In this document: positions 49,470 to 58,233 of the stretch, in pieces
Layout: each line of letters opens with the position of its first letter
How positions within the stretch are numbered: position 1 is the stretch's first letter
Assembly (NCBI GenBank): GCA_963707635.1
Contig: OY970173.1
Coordinates: 2,400,001 to 2,464,000 of the forward strand
Direction: 5' to 3'
Length of the DNA: 64,000 nucleotides
Source: Candidatus Latescibacterota bacterium
GTDB lineage: Bacteria > Krumholzibacteriota > Krumholzibacteriia > WVZY01 > JAKEHA01
Notes under the pieces: generated by a model
The model's input: only the letters and a program-made list of their open reading frames with translations
Told to the model about the DNA's origin: nothing
The model's database searches: none
Made by a program: the position numbers and the translations under genes

Positions 49470-51059
49470 TCACTCCGTTGAAAAATCGTATCCGACGTTC
49501 AGCCAGACGACGTTCGCCGTGTAGTAGCGAGCGGCGACGAGGTAATCGTCGTAGTTGTAGACGTTGTACTTCGCATCGACGCTGAAACCCCGCGGAAGCG
49601 CGCAGCCGAGGTCGAACGAGAGGATCGACTTGACGATGTCCAGATCGTCGGTGATGCTCACGACGGTGACGCCGGCGCCCGCCGTGAGCCTGTCGAACAC
49701 ATCCGCGTGGACGCGCCCGGTGACAAAGTCGCTCTTCACGTGGTACCCACCCACGGTGTTGACATAATCGTCATCCGAATACTGATAGCTCACTTCCACG
49801 TGGGCCGCGTCGAGGCCGGCGTCGCCCGAGAACTCGTGGTCGTAGCGGCCGTAGGCCGAGGCGTAGAAGCCATCCGCCTGCGAGCCGATATCCGGCATCT
49901 CGCGGTTGCGCTCGGCGAGGCGACCGCCCACCGTGATGCCCGTTACGGGTTTGGTTTCGATGCGCGCGTCCCAGCGGTCGTACTCGGTGTCGCGCAGGAG
50001 CGTCTGGTCCTCTTCGTCTTCCTTGCTGCGCGTCGACCAGGAGAATCGGGCCGAAACCTTGTCCGCGCGCAGTGCGAGGGCCGCGCGGAGGTTGTCGTAC
50101 GTGGTCACCGAGCGGTCGTCGTCCCACGCCTCCCAGCCGTACCCGCCCGAGAGCGTCGCGATGCGGTAGCGCACCTCGATGTCGCCGTCGTGGATATACC
50201 GGTTGGTCCGGAGATTCGTCGCCTCGTCGTCGACCTGTCCGCCGTAGAAGCGGTATTTCGCGCGCAGCGCCGGCCACAGCGCGAGCACGCCCGTGTACTG
50301 GATCGTCTCCATGTCGTACCCGAGGCCCGACTCCTTGAGTTCGTTGCGTCCGATCGACGCGCGCACCACGTGGGTGAGTCGGTCGAAGAACAGGCCCGGG
50401 ACGTGCAGGTTCGCGGAATACACCCGCCCCTCGCGCTCGTTGAGCGCCGACACGTGGTCGGTCAGATTGGCGACGTCGGCCGCGATGGTCCCGCCGATGC
50501 CGTTGGACGCGCGCATCTGGGCCTCGATGCGGTAACGGTTCAGGTCGAAGTCGTAGGTCGTGCCCAGCGCGCTCTGGACACCGGACGGGTACCCGATCCG
50601 GTCGCCCTCCCGCGTCTGGAGGCCGTAGTCGGCCGAGAGCCAGATCCACTTCGCCGGGGTGAGCGACAGCGTCGACCAGAAGTCGCGCCGCATCGCGTCC
50701 ACCGCGCCCGCCGGGTCGAACACAAAGCGGCTCTCGTCGTAGCGCGACCGGAAGTGCAGCATCCCGGTACGGCGGAAGTCGAGCGTGCCGTTACGATCGT
50801 CGAGGTTGATGTCGTTGAGGTTGAAGCGAAGGTGCGTCTTCGGATTGAATCGGCCCTTGAGGTAGAGCGAGGTGACCGAGTAGCCCTCGTAGACGTTGAA
50901 CGTCTCCTGCATCACGCTCTGGTCGCCGACTTCGTCCTTGACGATACCGCCCATGCGGATCCCTCCGTCCCACACCGAGGTGGAATCGGCCCGGGCGCTC
51001 CCCGCGATCAGCATCGCGCTCGCCCATGCAAGGAGAATCAGGATCCGTCTCATGGTCAT
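49470..51059 (-). CDS. Outer-membrane beta-barrel, MtrB/PioB-like porin
   Basis: Signal peptide; alternating Y/D/R-rich strands; terminal strand WLNVGYDF; sits between decaheme and lipoprotein cytochromes. Confidence 0.78.
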   Translation of the reverse strand: MTMRRILILLAWASAMLIAGSARADSTSVWDGGIRMGGIVKDEVGDQSVMQETFNVYEGYSVTSLYLKGRFNPKTHLRFNLNDINLDDRNGTLDFRRTGMLHFRSRYDESRFVFDPAGAVDAMRRDFWSTLSLTPAKWIWLSADYGLQTREGDRIGYPSGVQSALGTTYDFDLNRYRIEAQMRASNGIGGTIAADVANLTDHVSALNEREGRVYSANLHVPGLFFDRLTHVVRASIGRNELKESGLGYDMETIQYTGVLALWPALRAKYRFYGGQVDDEATNLRTNRYIHDGDIEVRYRIATLSGGYGWEAWDDDRSVTTYDNLRAALALRADKVSARFSWSTRSKEDEEDQTLLRDTEYDRWDARIETKPVTGITVGGRLAERNREMPDIGSQADGFYASAYGRYDHEFSGDAGLDAAHVEVSYQYSDDDYVNTVGGYHVKSDFVTGRVHADVFDRLTAGAGVTVVSITDDLDIVKSILSFDLGCALPRGFSVDAKYNVYNYDDYLVAARYYTANVVWLNVGYDFSTE

Positions 51060-51065
51060 CACCCG

Positions 51066-52004
51066 CTAGAACTGATGGCACCCCACCACCGTGCAGCCCT
51101 GCGCCGCCAGCGAGGGGTCGAGCAGTTTCGCGTTGTCATACGAGCCGTGGACGTCCACGTGACAATCGTTGCACGGCACACCCGCCCACGAGGTGCCATG
51201 ATTCACGTTGTTCAGGTGCTTGGGCACAGCGTGACACTGCAAACACAACGCGAAGTCCGGCGATTCATAGCTCTGTTTGAGCAGGCGCGGCTGCGTCGAC
51301 CCGTGTGCCGCGTGGCAATTCAAGCACCCGCCCTCTTCCGTGGAGTAGTCGACGGCCGCCTGGTGCTCGTACGGGAACGGCCCCTCGAATTGCGCGTGGC
51401 ACGTGGTGCAGGTCGTCCCCGGCCCGGTGTAAACGTGCTGCTTGGAGCTCTGCGCCACCGACAGATGGCAGTCGCTGCACGCCACCACACCCTCCATCAC
51501 CGGATGGTGGGACGGCATGGCAAAGTCGCCCTGCGCGGACGCGTGGCACGAAAAGCACAGCGTGGGCTGCTCGTCCTTGAGCAGACCGAGGTGGGCGCTG
51601 CTGTGAACCTGGTGACAGCCCGTACAGGAAACGTCCGCGTCCGCGTGCGGATCCCGCTCGAAGAGATTCAGCGTGTGTGGGTGCTCGTGGCAGGTCGTGC
51701 ACACCGCCGTCACCGAGTCGGCTCGCATGTGGGCCGGATTGACCGCCGGGTTCTCGTCCGGGTCGTCGAGGTGCTGGTCGGTCGCCGCGCCGGCGTGGCA
51801 GCCCAGGCACGACACGACCTTCCCGGCGGCAGGATCGTGGGGAGTGCCGGCCATGGCGTGCACCTGTGATTCGTGGCAATCCAAGCACGCCTCGTCGGAA
51901 GCTGCATCGGTCTGGGTGGAACGCGCTCCACCGATCGCGAAAACGAACGCGAAACTCAAGAGGATGAGGGCGAAGGCGAAGATGGTGCGACGAGGGTGTC
52001 TCAT
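51066..52004 (-). CDS. MtrA/DmsE-family decaheme cytochrome c with an extra CX4CH
   Basis: 10 CxxCH; SHHPV, GPFPYEH, CHAAHGS, CHVDVHGS signatures; terminal CTVVGCH. Confidence 0.88.
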   Translation of the reverse strand: MRHPRRTIFAFALILLSFAFVFAIGGARSTQTDAASDEACLDCHESQVHAMAGTPHDPAAGKVVSCLGCHAGAATDQHLDDPDENPAVNPAHMRADSVTAVCTTCHEHPHTLNLFERDPHADADVSCTGCHQVHSSAHLGLLKDEQPTLCFSCHASAQGDFAMPSHHPVMEGVVACSDCHLSVAQSSKQHVYTGPGTTCTTCHAQFEGPFPYEHQAAVDYSTEEGGCLNCHAAHGSTQPRLLKQSYESPDFALCLQCHAVPKHLNNVNHGTSWAGVPCNDCHVDVHGSYDNAKLLDPSLAAQGCTVVGCHQF

Positions 52005-52020
52005 TGCAAGTTCTTGCATC

Positions 52021-52048
52021 AGTATATTCCGGTCCGATTCTCTGTCAA
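52021..52048 (-). promoter_or_regulatory. Sigma70-like promoter TTGACA-N16-TATACT
   Basis: Near-consensus boxes in an AT-rich intergenic stretch upstream of the MtrA-like gene. Confidence 0.65.
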
Positions 52049-52074
52049 TAAACTACTGACTGTCCTGTATAGGT

Positions 52075-52092
52075 TTGCGTAGAGTTTCACAA
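52075..52092. promoter_or_regulatory. Rex-like operator TTGCGTA-GAGT-TTCACAA
   Basis: 12 of 14 positions match TTGTGAA-N4-TTCACAA. Confidence 0.45.
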
Positions 52093-52218
52093 AGAAAAAT
52101 TGAATCACATATACCCATGACATTATATGCGCGCTGGCATACGGCGATCGAGGCGTGCGCGCTGAGTCGGTCTGCGTCCTGACGCCGTCCTTCCCAACCG
52201 AAATCGGATCGGACACCG

Positions 52219-53541
52219 TTAGCGTGAATCGAGCTGCCGTATCTTGAGAAACAGCGCGAGCGCGAGGATGGTCGTAAACAGGGTCGCCATCCCGAACCCG
52301 CGCCGGCGCACGTGGAAGTCCTTGATCTGTCGGGCGGCGAGATCGAGGGCTTCGTTCGCCTTGGCGAGACCCTCCGACGTCTTGGCCCCTACCTTCTCGG
52401 GGTCGAACGTGTGCACGAGCGTTCGCGATTCGATCAGGCTCTGGTGCGATTCCTGAAGGAGGAACCCGATGTCGACGTCGTCCATGCCGATGCGCTGGAC
52501 TTCGGCCTGACGGTTGAGAGCATCCTCCTGCGCCGCGGAAAGCGACGCGAGACTGACATGGATCTTCCCGGCGGTCTCGAAACCGACGTCACCCTCCGAA
52601 TGGCAATCGATGCAGACCGCGCCGCTGACGTTCCCGACCATGGAATCGGAGGTCTTTTTCACGCCATGGTTGCCGTGACACTCCTCACAGCCATGGTAGC
52701 CCTCCTCCACGAACGCGCGGCCCATTCGTGACTCGGTGAAATACCGCATATTGTTGGCATGGCATTGTCCGCACACCTGGGTGATGGACGTGATCCCCGG
52801 CGGCGTCGCGCCGTGGTTTCCGTGGCAGTCGTTGCACGCGGGAGCACCGGTATCCTCTTTCTCGAGCAGCGCGACCCCGTGCACGCTGTGCTTGAACTCC
52901 TCGAGCTGATTGGTGGGGATGCCGTAGGGCGCCATGTACTCCGCGTCCCCGTGACACCTCCCGCACGTTGCCGGGACGTTCATCGCGTTCACCGTCGATC
53001 GAGTGTCGGACGCGGGGAGGATTCCGTGGGCGGTGTGGCAGCTCGTGCAATCCGCGACCTTCTGGTCGTGCTGCTTCAGCTTGTGTCCGTGCACGGAGGA
53101 GGCATACTGGCTCTCCTGGTCGGTCGGAATGCGCGGCTGGTACTGCCGCATGAAGTCGATGTCCGAATGACAGCGACCGCAGAACGCGGGGATTTGTTCC
53201 TTCGAAGGGACGCCCCGAAACCCGGCCGTGGCGCTCATGGCGCGATCCTGATCGTCCTCGGCGGGGTTGCCGCCGTGACACCCCGCGCACGACAACCCGG
53301 GCTTCATGTGGATGTCGGCCTCGAGGAAGTGCTCGGGCAGATTGTCGTCCTCGGTGTGACACGCGACGCAATGATCGACCGCGGGTTCCTTCGCCGACAC
53401 TTCGGCCGCCTCGTCTTTGCGCGCTGCTTCATCTTCTTCGTCGGCCAGACCCGGGCCGACGACGAGGATCGACAGCCCGAGCCACACCACCACTGTCCAC
53501 GCCCGCCCGTGGCGGGCCACGGCCGCACGACCGGTCGTCAT
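52219..53541 (-). CDS. Nonaheme c-type cytochrome with C-terminal membrane anchor
   Basis: 9 CxxCH; signal peptide; C-terminal TM helix; ATGA-coupled to cytochrome b. Confidence 0.9.
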   Translation of the reverse strand: MTTGRAAVARHGRAWTVVVWLGLSILVVGPGLADEEDEAARKDEAAEVSAKEPAVDHCVACHTEDDNLPEHFLEADIHMKPGLSCAGCHGGNPAEDDQDRAMSATAGFRGVPSKEQIPAFCGRCHSDIDFMRQYQPRIPTDQESQYASSVHGHKLKQHDQKVADCTSCHTAHGILPASDTRSTVNAMNVPATCGRCHGDAEYMAPYGIPTNQLEEFKHSVHGVALLEKEDTGAPACNDCHGNHGATPPGITSITQVCGQCHANNMRYFTESRMGRAFVEEGYHGCEECHGNHGVKKTSDSMVGNVSGAVCIDCHSEGDVGFETAGKIHVSLASLSAAQEDALNRQAEVQRIGMDDVDIGFLLQESHQSLIESRTLVHTFDPEKVGAKTSEGLAKANEALDLAARQIKDFHVRRRGFGMATLFTTILALALFLKIRQLDSR

Positions 53542-54662
53542 ACCAGGTACCCCCAGACGGTCATCGCGATGATGTAGAGGATCGCGATCACGCCGACCAG
53601 CGTCATGGGCCGCACGCGATCACCCGGCCGGCGCCGGGCCTCCCAGAACGGCACCAACAGCCACGCGAGCGCCAGCAGCCCGAACCCCAGGATGCCCAGC
53701 ACCTCTCCTTCCATGAAAAGCACGTGCGCGGGCAGGAGCTTGAGCGTCTGGAACATGAACATGAAATACCACTCCGGGCGGATGCCCTTCGGGGCCGACG
53801 TGAACGGGTCGGCCTTCTCCCCCAGCTCCCACGGAAAGAAGACGGCCAGAAAAAGGAGCACGTTCAGCACCAGCAGCCATAGGAGCATGTCGCGCAGGAG
53901 AAAGTTCGGAAAGAACGGGATGGTCCTGCGGCGCGCTGGTTCGAGCCGCTGCACGTACTCGGGCTCGTGCATCCCCTGTCTCTGCACGAACAGGAGATGC
54001 GCGAACAGAATGGCCGTGAAGATGGCCGGCAAGAGGGCGATGTGAATGGCGTAGAAACGGGTGAGAGTCGCGCCGGTAACGTCCTCCCCTCCACGCAGCA
54101 GAATCTTGATGGGATTGCCCAGGAGCGGCACCACCCCCGCGATATCGGTCCCCACTTTGGTCGCGAAGAACGCCAGCTGGTTCCAGGGAAGGAGGTAGCC
54201 GGTGAATCCGAACCCGAGCGCAAGGCACATGAGCACGAACCCGGTGACCCAGGTCAGCTCCCGCGGCGCGCGGAACGCCCGGGTGAAGAACGTGCTGAAC
54301 ATGTGAATGAAGACGAACAAGACCATGAGGTTGGCCGACCAGCTGTGGACCGATCGCATCAGCCAGCCAAACGACACCTTGGTCGTGATGAAACGCACAC
54401 TCTCGAAGGCGTTCGCTTCGTCGGGCTTATAGTAGAGAACGAGCAGAATCCCGGACGCCACCTGCACCATGAAAAGGAAGAGCGCGACACCGCCCATGTA
54501 ATACCACACGGTGTGGCGGTGGACCGGCACCTGCTTGTGCCGCATGAAATCGATCAGCGGGGTGATGTGGAAGCGATCGTCGAGCCAGCGGTAGACCCGG
54601 CGGGCTGCCCCGACGGGTGCTCGGCGTTGTCGCGTGACCGAGTCTCTGGGTGCGTCAGCCAT
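53538..54662 (-). CDS. Cytochrome b of a Rieske/cytochrome b complex
   Basis: [41 protein letters not shown]. Confidence 0.94.
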   Translation of the reverse strand: MADAPRDSVTRQRRAPVGAARRVYRWLDDRFHITPLIDFMRHKQVPVHRHTVWYYMGGVALFLFMVQVASGILLVLYYKPDEANAFESVRFITTKVSFGWLMRSVHSWSANLMVLFVFIHMFSTFFTRAFRAPRELTWVTGFVLMCLALGFGFTGYLLPWNQLAFFATKVGTDIAGVVPLLGNPIKILLRGGEDVTGATLTRFYAIHIALLPAIFTAILFAHLLFVQRQGMHEPEYVQRLEPARRRTIPFFPNFLLRDMLLWLLVLNVLLFLAVFFPWELGEKADPFTSAPKGIRPEWYFMFMFQTLKLLPAHVLFMEGEVLGILGFGLLALAWLLVPFWEARRRPGDRVRPMTLVGVIAILYIIAMTVWGYLV

Positions 54663-54668
54663 CGGCGC

Positions 54669-55100
54669 TCACGCCATCCTGGAAACGAGGATTTCGCCCG
54701 CGATTACGTTGACGGCGTATTCGTCGAGTGGCCGCGGCGGCGGCCCGGAAACGTTGCGCCCCTTGAGGTCATAGAGACCGTTGTGGCACGCGCACCAGAT
54801 CTGCTTGAGGTCGCCGCGGTACTGCACGATGCACTCGAGGTGGGTGCAGGTGGCGGAGAACGCGCGGAACTCGCCGGACTCCTCGCGGATGAGGATCACG
54901 GGCTTGCGGCCGAACTTCACGATTTGCGCCGTGTTGACGGCAAAGGCTGACTCGGGGCCCGCCTTGACGGCCTGCACGGTCGCCTCGGGGACTCGCGGGG
55001 GGCGCAGGTAGGAGAACACCGGGTACAACACGCTCCCCAACCACCCGAGGGCTCCGCCGGTCAGGAGCAGTTGAGTGAATTCTCGGCGCGTCATACCCAT
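54669..55100 (-). CDS. Rieske 2Fe-2S subunit
   Basis: Tat motif TRREF; CTHLEC and CACHNG; GPPPRPL. Confidence 0.94.
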   Translation of the reverse strand: MGMTRREFTQLLLTGGALGWLGSVLYPVFSYLRPPRVPEATVQAVKAGPESAFAVNTAQIVKFGRKPVILIREESGEFRAFSATCTHLECIVQYRGDLKQIWCACHNGLYDLKGRNVSGPPPRPLDEYAVNVIAGEILVSRMA

Positions 55101-55267
55101 TAACGAATCCGATTATCCGGTATACGAGGCAGTCTATTCAAGTGGGCCCGTAACGTCCACCGGTAATTCGCGTAAACTCGGGCCCGCGTGTCCGGGCGGG
55201 AACCGGAGCCCGAGGTTGACAGGGCCGCCGGTGCCGTCATAGCATGCAGAACAGCCGCTCGTCATTC

Positions 55268-57400
55268 ATGCGCCCTCCAGCCATCCTCTTTGGCAGCCGG
55301 CACGTGCCGCGCAACCGCGTCGTCACGGCGCTGACGCTCCTTGCGGTCACCCTCCTTGCGCCCGGGGCGCTCCCGGTCCGCGCCCAGGTGGACACCGCCG
55401 CCTGTCTCGATTGCCACGACGACGCGTCGATGAAATCGGACGCCGGGCGCCCCATCGGCGTGGTGGCGAAGGCGTTCCACGCCGGAGCGCACGGCGGGCA
55501 GGAATGCGTGGACTGCCACGCGGCGCCCGGCAACTACGACGACGCCCCCCACTACGCGAAATACACGCCGGTCGATTGCTCCCGGTGCCACGACGATGTC
55601 GGGCCGGAGTTCAAGGGGTCGATCCACGAGAGCCTCTTTACCGATGGCGACATGGCGTGCACGACTTGCCACTCGATCCACGACCGCACCCCGACTCCGC
55701 GCGAGGCGCTCGCCGCGTGCGGCGGCTGTCACGAAGATGCCGCGGCCGACTACGCCACCAGCGTTCATCACGCGGGCCGCAAGCGCAACGGGCAGAGCGC
55801 GGCGACGTGCACCAGCTGCCACGGGAGCCACCACGTCGTCGCGGTGACCGACTCGACGTCACCGGTGCATCCACGCAACGTGCCGCGGCTGTGCGGGGAA
55901 TGTCACGCCAAGGAGTCGCCCATCACCGCTGACTTCGTCCGGCTTCCGATTTCGGTACCCGCGTATCTCAAGTCGGTGCACGGCCAGGGGTGGCAGCAGG
56001 GCAAGAAGACCGCCGTCTGCACGGACTGTCACGGCGCCCACGACTCGCGCCCCGCGTCCGACCCGAAGTCCCACATCAACCGGCTGAACGTGGCGGCGAC
56101 CTGTGGACGGTGTCACGACCAGATCGGCGCTGAATTCGCAAGCTCGATCCACGGGAAAGCGGTTGCGCTCGGCATTACGGACTCTCCGACCTGCATCGAC
56201 TGCCACAACGAGCACCTGATCCAGCGACCCCAGGATCCAACCGCCGCGATCAGTCCCGAGCACCGCGCGCGCGAGTTGTGCGGCAACTGCCACACCGACC
56301 CCGAGCTGATCGCGAAGTACGGGATCGCGTCCGGAGTCGTGGAGACATACCTCGACAGCTACCACGGCTGGGCAGTCGCTCGCGGCAGCGACCTGGTCGC
56401 GACCTGCACGGACTGCCACAACGTCCACGAGATCAGAAGCCCGCTCGACTCGCTTTCGACGGTGCACCCCGCCAACGTGGCCAGGACCTGCACGAAATGC
56501 CACGCCGGTGCCACCGAGCGCTTCGCGCAGAGCTACACCCACCTGGGTGCCCTCGCGGCGCGCGGCCCGCACGGGTGGGTCCGCACGATCTATCTCTGGC
56601 TGATCGGTGCGGTGCTCGGGGGCATGGCGCTGCACAACGCCGTCATCGTCCGCCACGAAATGAAACGGCACATCGCGCACGTGCGCCGCGAGCCGTATGT
56701 CCGCCGCTGGCACAGCGCCGAGAAGATCCAGCACCTGGTCCTGTTCTTGAGCTTCGCCGGGCTGGCCGTCACCGGCTTCGCGCTGCGTTTTCCCGACGCC
56801 TGGTGGGTCCGGCTCGTGGGCCTCGAGAGCCATGAAGGGCTGCGAGCCAACCTGCACCGGGCGTTCGCGGTCGTGCTCGTGGCCTCGGCGATCTACCACG
56901 CGGCGTGGATCGTCGCCACTCGACGTGGGCGCGTCTCGCTGCGCGCGATGGCGCCGGCCTTCCACGACCTGCGCCAGGCGGGCGAGAATATCGCCTATCA
57001 CATCGGCCGCCGCCCATCGCGCCCCGCCTTTGGCACGTTCGACTATACGCAGAAGGCGGAGTACTGGGCGCTGGTCTGGGGAACGGGGATCATGGCGTTG
57101 ACGGGGCTCGTGCTCTGGTACCCGGCGCTGGCGACGAACCGATTCCCGGTGTGGATCGTGCGCGTCGCCGAAGTGATTCACTTCTACGAGGCGATTCTCG
57201 CCGTTTCCGCCATCTTCATCTGGCATTTCTTCTTCGTGATCTTCCTGCCGGCGGTATACCCCATGAGTACCACCTGGCTCGACGGCCGCATCCCCGCCCG
57301 CGAATGGAAGGAGTTCCACGCCGGGGAATACGCGGAGAAAGGCGATCGGGAAATCCTGGAACCCGGGGAGGACGATCCCTCCCCACCCGGCGGCGCGTGA
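55268..57400 (+). CDS. CbcL-like multiheme c (13 hemes) / cytochrome b fusion
   Basis: 13 CxxCH followed by FdnI-type b domain (QHLVL, LHR, QKAEYWALVWG, IHFYEA); start uncertain. Confidence 0.87.
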   Translation: MRPPAILFGSRHVPRNRVVTALTLLAVTLLAPGALPVRAQVDTAACLDCHDDASMKSDAGRPIGVVAKAFHAGAHGGQECVDCHAAPGNYDDAPHYAKYTPVDCSRCHDDVGPEFKGSIHESLFTDGDMACTTCHSIHDRTPTPREALAACGGCHEDAAADYATSVHHAGRKRNGQSAATCTSCHGSHHVVAVTDSTSPVHPRNVPRLCGECHAKESPITADFVRLPISVPAYLKSVHGQGWQQGKKTAVCTDCHGAHDSRPASDPKSHINRLNVAATCGRCHDQIGAEFASSIHGKAVALGITDSPTCIDCHNEHLIQRPQDPTAAISPEHRARELCGNCHTDPELIAKYGIASGVVETYLDSYHGWAVARGSDLVATCTDCHNVHEIRSPLDSLSTVHPANVARTCTKCHAGATERFAQSYTHLGALAARGPHGWVRTIYLWLIGAVLGGMALHNAVIVRHEMKRHIAHVRREPYVRRWHSAEKIQHLVLFLSFAGLAVTGFALRFPDAWWVRLVGLESHEGLRANLHRAFAVVLVASAIYHAAWIVATRRGRVSLRAMAPAFHDLRQAGENIAYHIGRRPSRPAFGTFDYTQKAEYWALVWGTGIMALTGLVLWYPALATNRFPVWIVRVAEVIHFYEAILAVSAIFIWHFFFVIFLPAVYPMSTTWLDGRIPAREWKEFHAGEYAEKGDREILEPGEDDPSPPGGA

Positions 57401-57525
57401 ACCGCGCTGCGCCGGAGCCTATCCAAAACTATGCAACGAATCTGTTGGTGAAGCGCGCCTCGCGCGCTATGCTATCATTGGCTGCATTGGACTGCCGCCT
57501 CTGCGGCGCCGAAAGGAGAAACGCA

Positions 57526-58116
57526 ATGAAACGAGTTGGCGGGGGTGTCATCGCGCTGTGGGCCGCAGGTGCCTTCGTGGTCGCGCAAACCGGGGCAGCC
57601 GCGGCGGCCGACCACGCGTTCGTGGGAGCGGCGAAGTGCGCGACCTGTCACAAGACGGTCGCGCAGGGCGAGCAGTTCCCGAAGTGGCAGGCGAGCATGC
57701 ACGCGAAGGCCTACGAGACCCTGGCCGGTGAAAAAGCCAAGGAGATCGCGAAGGCCAAAGGCATCGCCGACCCGCAGAAGGCTCCCGAGTGCCTCAAGTG
57801 CCACGTGACCGGATACGGAGCCGCGGCGGCGCTGCTCGGCGAGAAGTACGCGGTCACCGACGGCGTCGGGTGCGAGTCCTGCCACGGCGCCGGCGGCGAC
57901 TACGTCAAGAAGGCGACGATGGAAGGCGTCATGAACGGCACCATCACGGCCGCGTCCGTCGGCCTGGTGAAGCCCGACAAGGCGACGTGTGAGAAGTGCC
58001 ACAACAAGGAGAGCCCATCGTTTACCTCGTTCGACTTCGACAAGTCGTACGCGAAGATCAAGCACGAGATGCCGGCGGAGCGCAAAGCGAAGTACAAGGC
58101 GCCTGCGGGCGGCTAG
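57526..58116 (+). CDS. Tetraheme cytochrome c554-like periplasmic protein
   Basis: AAGGAG RBS; signal peptide; FVGAAKCATCH, HAKAY, CLKCH, GVGCESCHGAG, CEKCH. Confidence 0.88.
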   Translation: MKRVGGGVIALWAAGAFVVAQTGAAAAADHAFVGAAKCATCHKTVAQGEQFPKWQASMHAKAYETLAGEKAKEIAKAKGIADPQKAPECLKCHVTGYGAAAALLGEKYAVTDGVGCESCHGAGGDYVKKATMEGVMNGTITAASVGLVKPDKATCEKCHNKESPSFTSFDFDKSYAKIKHEMPAERKAKYKAPAGG

Positions 58117-58176
58117 GCACCGGCGGGTGCGCGGCTCCCCGGGCAGAGCGAAAGCCGGGCGTCGACCAGAACCAGA

Positions 58177-58214
58177 CGGGCGGGTTCATCGAGAACCCGC
58201 CCGATCTTTTTTTT
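58177..58214 (+). terminator. Intrinsic terminator
   Basis: CGGGCGGGTTC-ATCGA-GAACCCGCCCG followed by T8. Confidence 0.85.
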
Positions 58215-58233
58215 CCCCCCGGCCCCGTGCCGT

